A stretch of DNA of 56,875 bases, taken from assembly GCA_963575745.1 (NCBI GenBank), contig CAUYUJ010000057.1, positions 62,001-118,875 of the forward strand, written 5' to 3'. Numbering within the stretch: position 1 is the stretch's first letter; each line of letters starts with the position of its first letter. Of the stretch, positions 47,931 through 56,875 are shown one piece after another. Made by a program: the position numbers and the translations under genes. The notes under the pieces were generated by a model. That model made no database searches. It was not told the DNA's origin and saw nothing but the letters and a program-made list of their open reading frames with translations. The DNA comes from Prorocentrum cordatum (taxonomy: Eukaryota).

Positions 47931-50900
47931 TGTATCAGTGATGCGCGCACAAGTCTGAAGATGCCTTTGCTGTGTATGAGCGATCGGAAAGAGAGTGGTC
48001 TGTGTATGAGTGCGTCTGAGTACGTGAAAGTCAGAGCATGAGTAGGTCTGAGTGGGAGCGAACCTGAATAGCAGTGGATATGAGTGTGAGTGAGTCTGAG
48101 TATGAGCGTGTCGAGTGTGAGCAAGTCTGAGTGCGAGCGAATCTGAGTGTGAGTGAGTCTACGTACGCATGAGTGAGGAGAATGAGAAAGGAGGAGGCGA
48201 GGCGAAGGCGTCACACGAATCGCAAAAACTCCATACTTAGGACAAGGAGACTGAAACCCCATATTCAACGTGGGGATTAGCAAGAGCTCTAAGCCTGAGT
48301 ACAAGGAAAAAGGCTCGGGGAGGAGCCGCAGGTGTACCAGTAATGGCAGTAAGCCCCATACCTAAGGAAAGTGGGGAGCTAGTGCGTCTGATACAATCGG
48401 ACCTAGGCCAGAATAACATCCTTCAAGAACGTGAGACCCTCCGTCGACCAAAACAAACAGAACGTTCAAGGGTACGATGCACAGGAACATCCAACATTCA
48501 CGAAGAGCACTAGGGCACCCTCCCCGAGCCGACCTCGACGTTGCACGTCGGTCCGCCTGTGCACTGCTGGAGCCCGCGGACTCCATCTGCCCTCCCGCAG
48601 CATCTCTCGATGCCTGGCCGATCCGTGGACAGCACGAGGCGACCCACGCCCGCAACGTGCCTTGTTTTAGGCGGGGCATGTCCCCTGACAGGTGGATTTT
48701 GGAAGAAAACAACTCGAGTCAACAAAAAAACAAGACAGTCAATAATCGTCCCATGGCTATCTTTTCCTATTTTTAAACATGTCCCCTGTGGAGGGACACG
48801 CCCGACTTAATCCTGGCTCTTGCCCGACAAGCGCGCGGGCCTGCACGGCACCGCCGCCTCCCCGACGCCCTCGGAGCGCGGCTCCGCGGCCCCTCCCGCC
48901 GCCCTTCACTCGACGATGAACAACCCGCCCTCTAGTAAACCTCTCTTTTTAGTGAAAACGGCCGAGGACCGAAGCCGACGGACAGATGGACCCGCAAAAA
49001 CGACGGCCGCGACGCCCTCTCGCGAACCGAAAACGGCCAATTCGCGAATCGACGCGTCAGGGTAGGAGGTCCCTATCAACCTCCGAGAAAAATGAAAGAG
49101 CATGAAGGGGCCCTGGGACACACAAATAAATACACATAAATAAAAGGATTCCCCATATTTTCCAATATTTTTTTGGGGGGGTGTCTTCCCCCCCACTTCA
49201 CATAGTCTCCCATATTCTCTGCGGAGTCGACGATTAAATGTGTCTGTGTGTTTCTTTCCCTCCTGTGAAAAAAGAGAGAGCACCGCGGCGCCCGCAGGCG
49301 CGGCAGACGTTCTCTGCTCGGCGCGCGGCACGGGGGAGCAGAGCAGCAGCTCCCGCCCGGCACGATCGGAGAGCGCTCCGCACGGCGCCGAGCGGAGAGC
49401 GTCGGCGCGACCTCGGCCTGTGGGGAAACTGGAGGGTGCCGATCTCGTTGCTCCCTTCGGATCGGGCGAACGGGGGGGATAGCAAAGGGGGGGGGAGAAT
49501 CAGCTCACGTAGCTGATTTTCCCGGCGCCTCCCGGCGCCGGAGGCGGCTTATGTATCGAGGAATGGGCTCCTCGGCCAGGCCGAAACCAGCTGCATGCAG
49601 CAAATTTCGTAACCCCCCCTTTCCCATTCCCCCCCTTTCGACTGGTCCCTGGACCTCTCCCGGGGTGCGCTCTCACCAGGATTTCGAAGCGAACCCAGGC
49701 GTGGCGACGAGAGCCTACTGGTGGTGGCCCAAGAAGGCGAAGGCGAGGCAAGGGTAGAGGCATTCCCTGAGATCCGACGGGTCGTGTTTTTCTCAATACG
49801 GGGTTCCCGGAAGTCTGGACCCGTTCCTCAGGACCGCTTTTTCATCCTGAGTCGTTTTTTGACGGTCCCGAGGCCCGGCGAGGACCCCAAGGGGCCGAAG
49901 TTTGCGGAAAAGCTCCGCCTTGATTTTTGTCAATGCGTTGGATCTCTGGGTTGGTACCTGGGTGCTGAAGGGCCGCACGCATCGGCTGCAGCACCCCTGG
50001 CCGGGCACTGCGGCGCGCGCGGCGCGGCCCCCCGTGAGGGGCGCAAGCCGGGGGCCGGGGAGGGCAGGACCGCCCTGCGACGCTTCGGGGATCTACGGAC
50101 CCGGGGCAATCCGGACCCGGGGCAGCCAGGCCCTGCGAGATCCTGCAGGATCCTGCACCCAAGCCCGTGTCAAGGCAACCCTGGCTCCGTAAAGCTCCTG
50201 CAAGATCCGGCGCTCTGACCGACCCCTGTTTGCGACTACCCCTGTCCCCAGACCCCCGACGCCATGTGTTTTCGATAACGTCGACCCTCAGAGGTCTCGA
50301 CCCATTCCCAGGGGACCGGTCTCTCATCCCGAGTCGATTTGTGGGCGGTCCCGAGGCCTGGTGAGGGCCTCGAGCCCCGAGCGCCCCAAACGCTGCGGCG
50401 CGAGAGGTACAGTCGGGCCGCTGAAAGAAGGAGCGCTATACAAGGAATGAAGCCCCATGTTTGACCCTGAAAGCGCCTCCGTGCCCGAGGAGGGCAAGAG
50501 GAACAGCAGAGGAGGAACCCGAGACACATCGAGCCCCTTCCGAATCCAGGTTGCTCCTTACTTCAGCGTCTTGGCTGTCAGGGCCTCGAGCCCCGAGCGC
50601 CCCGAGCGCTGCGGCGCGAGAGGTGCATGCGCTCGAGGGGGCAGCAGCAGCAGCAGCAGCAGCAGGCAGGCAGGGGAGCACGGCAAGGGGGGGGGCACGG
50701 CAGAGCAGGAGAGGCGGATGGCCAGGAGCAGGCGGCGGGCAGCGCACAGCCCCCTGCGGCTTCAGCTACGCAGGAGGGCCTCCCCCCCACTCCTCCTCCT
50801 CCTCCTCCTCCATTCCTTCCTCATCCTCCTCCTCCTCCTCCCCTCCCCCTCCTCGCTCCTCCTCCCCTCCCCTCCTCCTCCTCTCCTCCTCCCCCCCTCC

Positions 50901-51663
50901 TGCCTCCTCTCTTCCGCATCTCTTATCCTCCCCCCCTAACCGCCTCTTCCGCCTCTCTCCTCCTCCTCTCTCCTCCTCCTCCTCCTCTCCTCCTCTGCTC
51001 CTCCTCCTGCTCCTCCTCATCCTCCTCTCCTCTACTCCTCCTCCTCCCCTTCCCTCCTCCCTCCTCCCTCTCTCCCTCCCCCTCCCTCCCTCCTCCCTCC
51101 CCCCCCCATCCCTCCTCATGTTCCTCTCCTCCTCCTCCTCATCCCTCACCCCCTCCCTCCTTCCCTCCATCCCTCCCTCACCCCCTTCTCCTCCTAACCT
51201 CTCCTCCTCCTCCTCCTCCTCCTCCTCCTTCTCCTCCTCCTTCCTCTTCCTCTTGACATGATCTGCTGCACCCAGGCAAGCTCGAAGGAGCGCGGAGCTA
51301 AACAGACAAAGAAAGAGGCCGCGCGTCAGACGCGAATTTCGGGGGCGGCTGAGGGGGAGGAGGAGGAGGAGGAGGAGGAGGAGGAGGAGGAGGAGGAGGG
51401 AGGAGGAGGAAGAACAGGAGGAGGAGGAGGAGGAGGACGAGGAGGAAGAGGAGAAGGCGGAGGAGGAGGAATTTCGGGAAAGGGCCAGTTGAAATACTGG
51501 CGGCCCTCCCAACGGGTGGGTGCGGGGGAGGAGGACAGGGAGGAGGACGACCACGCCGCGGGAGGAGGAAGAGGAGGGTCGCCGCGTGTCTCAACGGGCC
51601 CTCCCCTGGGAAGGGCGGAGGAGGCGGAGGAGGTAGGGCAGAGGGCGGAGGTGGGAGGAGCAC

Positions 51664-51741
51664 CGCGGAGAGGTAGCGGTAAGCGTCCACGCACAGCGTC
51701 GAGTCGATCAGGTGCACCGCCACGAGCCGGAGGTCGAGCGC
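51664..51741 (-). CDS. GPN2: GPN-loop GTPase 2 exon
   Basis: AG|GCG acceptor and GCG|GT donor, 26 codons ALDLRLVAVHLIDSTLCVDAYRYLSA. Resembles GPN2 LRLxAVHLVDS and joins in phase 0 to exon 42859. Confidence 0.85.
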
Positions 51742-52104
51742 CTCTCAAGGGACCCAAAGGGCACAATATATAAGTGTATATATATATATATATATATATC
51801 TATACAACAAATCCTATGCTTCCCAGAATTCTCCATGTTTTTGAATATGAGAAAGGAAAACGGCATAAACATAAACTTTCGACGGTCCGCGCAGATTTCT
51901 TGGATCGGAGATGGACCCCCCTCCCTGGCGCGCGGAGCGCGCCAGAGGCTTCGCCGGAGGCGCCGCCAGGGGGGCCCCAGCGCAGATCCAAGAAATCCGC
52001 GCGGAGCGTAAAAAATTATGCATCTGGCGTTTTCCCTTATTCGACTGAAAGTTGGCTTACCCCCCTCCCACTTCCCGCATTCTCCCGTAATTATTCCTGG
52101 AGAT

Positions 52105-54329
52105 AGACGCGCGTTCAATAGTGTGCAGCGGTCGGTGGGATTGGAAGAGGTTGGGAGGCGCATGCCACGCTTGGAGGCTTGGGCCAGGTGAGGTTACGGC
52201 GGCCCGTCGGACCTGCTGTTGGCAGCCATGTGCTGACGTCCAACAAGGGAGTCCAGAAGGGCGATGCTCTATTGGACCTCTCCTGTTGCCGTTGGCTGTT
52301 CACCCTCTCTTGCGGGAGCTGAAGTTAACGGGCGAAGAACGGTATAAAATTAACTTTTTCGCTGTCGGGGGCGCCTGTCCCAGGGCGGCTGGAAAGTTTA
52401 TACCCTTACGGTGGCACCGTAGGGGTATAAACTTTCCAGCCGCCCAGGGACAGGCGCCCCCGACAGCGAAGAAGTGTATCTTATACCGTTCGTCGCTCGC
52501 TGATGAAGAGCGATGCTGGTTTAGACATCGCATGCGGTTGCCTCGACGACCCCCTGCGTGGCTGGCGAGTTCGACACGACGCGGCGGGGGCTGCGGCGGA
52601 CTCAGCGACAAGCGGCAAGCCTGGGCCTCGAGCTGACCTTGGACAAGTGCGAGGTCACCCCAACGGCTGGGCGCAACACGGAGTGCAACCTGTCCGTGTT
52701 CCCCGCCGTTGTCCAACGGAACATCGGCGGTTGCTTCGAATTGCTGGGCACGCCTGTCGGTGTCCAAGAGCACTGCGCAGAGGACGCGAAGGTGAAGAGA
52801 GTGCAGAAGTTGGCAGCGATGCTCGACGAGCTGCCATGTCGTGGAGGACGCCCAGGTCGCCCACAAGTTGCTTTCTCGATGTTCGGGAGCTTCAAGACTC
52901 ATGCAATATTGAAGGGGCCCCAGGACACACAAATAAATACACACAAATAAAAAGATTCCCCATATTTTCCCATATGTTCTGGGTTTCTGTTTTCCCCACC
53001 ACTTCCCATATTTTCCTATATTTTCTGGGGGATCGACGATTAATTGTGTCTGTGTGTTTTTTTCCCTCCTGAAATATGCAGACTACGCGGCCTGACCGGA
53101 CAACACGCGGCTTGGAAGAGAGACAGCAGGCTCTCAGGCCGACGCTCCAGGTCTGCACGGGCACAGCGCTAAGCGAGAGTCAGTGGCAGCAGGCGCCCCT
53201 CCCCATTGAGCAGGGGAGGGCCGGGATCTCGGCTCGGAACTTCTCACGCTGCTGCGGCCGACCTCGCTTCCCGCAGGGCGACGCTTGCCTACTTCTGCGG
53301 TCAGATCGACGCTGCCTTCTCGCGGGACGGGGGCTGCGATGGCGGCGCCCTGGCAGCAGCAGCCAACCTCTACAATGATGGCGCCCGCCAGGAACGTCGC
53401 ATGAAAAGCGAGGATTTGGCTGCCGACGGCTCCTTCCCCAGCCAGCGGGCTCTGTCCATGAACGTGGGCGAACATCTTTGGGACCAGCTGACCGCTGCAA
53501 GCCCAGACGCCCAAAAGGCGAGGCTCAGTGCAACCAGCGCGCTGCACGCGAGCGCATGGCTGCAGCCCCAACCGTGCAGCGCCCTCGGGCAGCGCATGCC
53601 CCACTTCGAGTTCGTGGCGGCCTCGCGTGTGTGGCTGGGTTGCCACGCTTCTAGCAGGGACGACTGGTGCCCGAAGTGCGACCAGGTGATGGACGTACAG
53701 GGCCTGCACTCCCTCTGCTGCATGGCGGGTGGCGACGCGGTCAAGGTGCATAACGCCCTGCGTGATCAGGTCCGCTACTTTGCGCATGCTGCGGGCCTCC
53801 GGGCCGAGAAGGAGATCGGGCTGCTGCCAGACGACCTCCGCCGGCGGCCAGGCGGCATCAATTTCCCGACTTGGCCATTCGGCCCGCCCCTGGCCCTCGA
53901 CTTCGCCGTGACGTCGCCTCTCAGACAGTCTGCGGTGCAAGGGGCCGCCGCCAGACAGCTTAGTGCGGCCACGTCGTACGAGGGGGCGAAGCTTGCAGAC
54001 AGAAATGCTGAGATGCTGGTGTACGCTGCGAGCAACTTGGCATCCGCCGAGTCCCCATGGTCGTGGAGTCCTTCGGCGGATGCGGCGAGATGGCGCAGGG
54101 CGTGTTCCGGACCTTGATTCATTCCCGCGCAGCGCGCAGTGGCGAGACGGTGAGCAATGTCACCACTTCCTTATCTTCTGGCCTTAGCATCACTTTGATG
54201 CGTGCGAACGTACGCGCTCTGCTGGCCAGGATCCCTCATGAAGCCGGGGCCCATGCTGACCATGTCAGCCGCGCGGCGACCTTGCTGCAGGCGGGACGTC
54301 AGGACGAGGCCGGCGCCCAGATAGATTGA
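52105..54329 (+). mobile_element. 5'-truncated, degenerate non-LTR retrotransposon with restriction-like endonuclease (CRE-like)
   Basis: RT remnants AFNSVQR, VQQG..IGPLL, CLDD, GLELTLDKCE and LLGTPVG. CPKC..HSLCC knuckle, HNALRD, E..RRPG..LDFAV and PMVVESFG. Stops, frameshifts and two insertions; a pyrimidine-rich tract follows. Confidence 0.85.
52325..52503. mobile_element. 179-bp near-perfect palindromic element with 5-bp TSD (TGAAG)
   Basis: The arms are complementary around the centre at ~52414. TGAAG at 52320-52324 and 52504-52508. Removing the element restores the RT frame ELKSDAGLDIACGCLDD. Confidence 0.9.
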
Positions 54330-55567
54330 GGGACCTTTGATCTCTAGTTTTCCTCCCCTCCCTCCTCCCTCCTCTGCTGTTCGTCGTGTTCTTCCTCCCG
54401 CCGACAGGGACGTCGGCATGTTTCCTTTGCGCTGGCGCCCGGAGGCACCTCTCGACCCGCCTCCTTTCTTGCCTTGGCCCTGGCCCTCGGTTGGCTCCCC
54501 TCCTCCCCTCCCCTTCCCCCCCCCTCTTCTGTATTTTGTTGTCCTTCCTTTATTTCTCTTTCTTTCTCTCTCGCTCTCTCTCCTCCCCCGTCCTTGGCTC
54601 CCCCCCCCGTCCCCCGTCCCTCCGTCTGTCGGCCCGGTCTGTCCGTTTATGTCGTCGTCCTTGCTTCTCCCCCTCCGTCTCTCGCTCCTCGGCTCCTCGC
54701 TCTCCTGCCCGCGTTTGTCCCTTGCAGGCCCGCTTCTCTTTGTCGGCCTGTCCCGCGGTCCGAATAAGGGCTGCGGTAGCCTGGCGTTTGCTGCAGTGTG
54801 AGGCGCACCCCTCGCACGCGATCGTGTTGCGGTTTCCGACGTCGGGGGCCGGCGTGCGGCGTGCTGTTCTGTCATGTTCTCCTCCTGTATGTTCTGTGAT
54901 GCGTTCGTTGTTGACGACTCCCAGGGCACCCTAGAGGCAAGCAGGGTGTTTCTTGGCATGGGTCTCCACTGTAGCGATCCATGGATCTGGCGCGCGGTCG
55001 CCAATGCAAAATCCACGGATCGGGGGAGGTGCCCTCCCCAACATGCTGCCGGTGCCGCCTCGCTCGGCGCGGACGGTGGCGATTCCCCATGGAAACGGGA
55101 CCCGTCGCCAATCCACGCCCCCTTGATCCATGTGTGCGATCGCCTGACAGATGTGCCGCCCAGCCCGGCTCCCCCCCCCCCCACTTGGCCCGTTTCCCCT
55201 CTCGTCCGCCCCGATCTCGGAGTGCAGGATCGGCGGCGTGCTGGGGGGGGGGGGGGGCCGCGAGAGGAGGGGCGGGCCTTCTGGCAGAAGGCTCGGCAGT
55301 CCCCCGGCTCCGAGAGGCCTTCGGAGCCCTGCCCGGAGACACAAGAAGCTTCTCGGCAGACGGGAGGCCTTCTGAGAAAGCCGCGCCGCCTTCGGAGAAT
55401 ACCCCCCCCCCCGTCGCTCGCCGCCGATCGGAGGACGGGGTCACCCTCGCCACGACGAGATCTGCGACGACGGCGGGGGTGAGAAGGGGCGGGCCCTCTC
55501 AGACGTCCTCCTCCTCCTCCTCCTCCCTCCTCTTCCTCCCTCCTCCTCCTCCTCCTCCTCCTCCTCC

Positions 55568-55602
<35 letters not shown>

Positions 55603-56875
55603 CTCCCCCCTCCTCCTCCTCCTGCGTCAGAGAGCAGCCCGGGACGGCACCTCGGTCCACGGGGGCCTGGGTCGGGAGGTCCAGGGGGCCCTCGCCACCT
55701 GCTCCCCCCTCCCGCCCCCTCGTCGATCCCCTCTCCTCGGGCACGCGCTCGCGCGGAGCACGGCTCGGGGAAGGTGCCCCCTGGAGCATGGCGCCGGTGC
55801 TAAGTCGGGGATTTTCGACGAGGGGTGAAAAATACATACACAAACAATGCTCCCAAATGATCGAAACACACTCAAAAAATAATCCCCAGACTATTTCTTG
55901 ACTATATTTGAATGTTCCCCCTGTAGAGGGACAGGCCCGACTTAACGCCAGTGCCGCCTCATGTGGGGGGCGGAGCGCGCCGATTCCGAGTGGAAGCGGG
56001 GCCCGTCGTCAATCCACGCGCCCTGCAGTCCACGCGTGCGCTCCCTCGATCTCCCGTCCCTCCCGCGCTCCTGGGCCCCCGTGGTCCCCCCCCCCCTGAT
56101 GCCTCCAATCCCGCGAGGCGTCACGAAGCCACAGGAAGCAGGCCCGACAGGAGCCACGGTTGAGGAGCGGGCCGACCGGCGCCGGAGGGGCCCATCCTTG
56201 AGAGGCGTCAACGGCAGCCCGGATGCCGAAGCCGAGGGGTCGCAGCCGCGAGCCCCTGCAGCGAAGCGCACCACGGCGGCCAAGGCTAACGGCCGCTGTC
56301 CTCGACGTCGCCCTCGTCGCCGTACGCAAGCACACGCGGAGAGCGGCCAGACTAAATAGAAAAAGAAATAATCACATAAGCATAACCCAGACCAGTCGCG
56401 GGCCATTTGGCGCGAGCGCACCGCTGCTGCCCGAAAGCCCGCACGCGGGAGTTGCTTGAACGTGGCAAAGAACAATCGCAGCTTATGTGGAAAGTCACGG
56501 ATGTGATACGCGCACTGGCTCCACCGTGTACCCAAGAAGGCAAAGCATGGGACTTGGAACGTCCACAAGAAAACTTGATGTACGCTGTTACACTTATGTT
56601 TGTGTGTTTTTTCTTTCTTTGACTAAAGAGGCAGCTGTCCTGGGGAAACCAAAAGGTGCCGATACAACTACTCCCCAGGCCTCTCCCGGGGCGCGCTCTG
56701 ACCAGGATTGCGAGGCGAATCCAGCAGTGGCGACGAGGGTCTCCCAGGAGGCCCAAAAATAGGGAAAAAGAGGCAAGGGTCGCTAGCGGCATCGATACGT
56801 GTTCACTCCTTCGATGTCATGCGGCGTGACGACTTGTCCGCTGGCGAGGTGTCCCCTGAAGCCGCCCGTGCTGGC

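Overview
GC-rich, microsatellite-laden eukaryotic genomic DNA, almost certainly from a dinoflagellate. It contains an exact DinoSL spliced-leader sequence, two degenerate copies and GC/GA 5' splice donors. All recognisable host exons are on the minus strand: a multi-exon ABCB-type half transporter (~4.4-30.8 kb) and two exons of GPN-loop GTPase 2. Three retroelement classes are present. (1) An apparently intact ~9.2 kb APE-RT-RNase H non-LTR retrotransposon begins with a 21-nt perfect DinoSL, lies between two GT/CA microsatellites and sits inside an ABC-gene intron. (2) A decayed tyrosine-recombinase (DIRS/PAT-like) retrotransposon has split direct repeats and a C5 DNA-methyltransferase domain. 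(3) A 5'-truncated, decayed RLE-type (CRE-like) non-LTR element is on the plus strand. Many short TIR/hairpin elements occur, and some make up entire introns (introner-like). The best candidate for an undescribed system is the SL-capped LINE, which could regenerate its own 5' end by host trans-splicing. All domain calls come from reading motifs by eye. Exon borders are manual and approximate unless stated otherwise.
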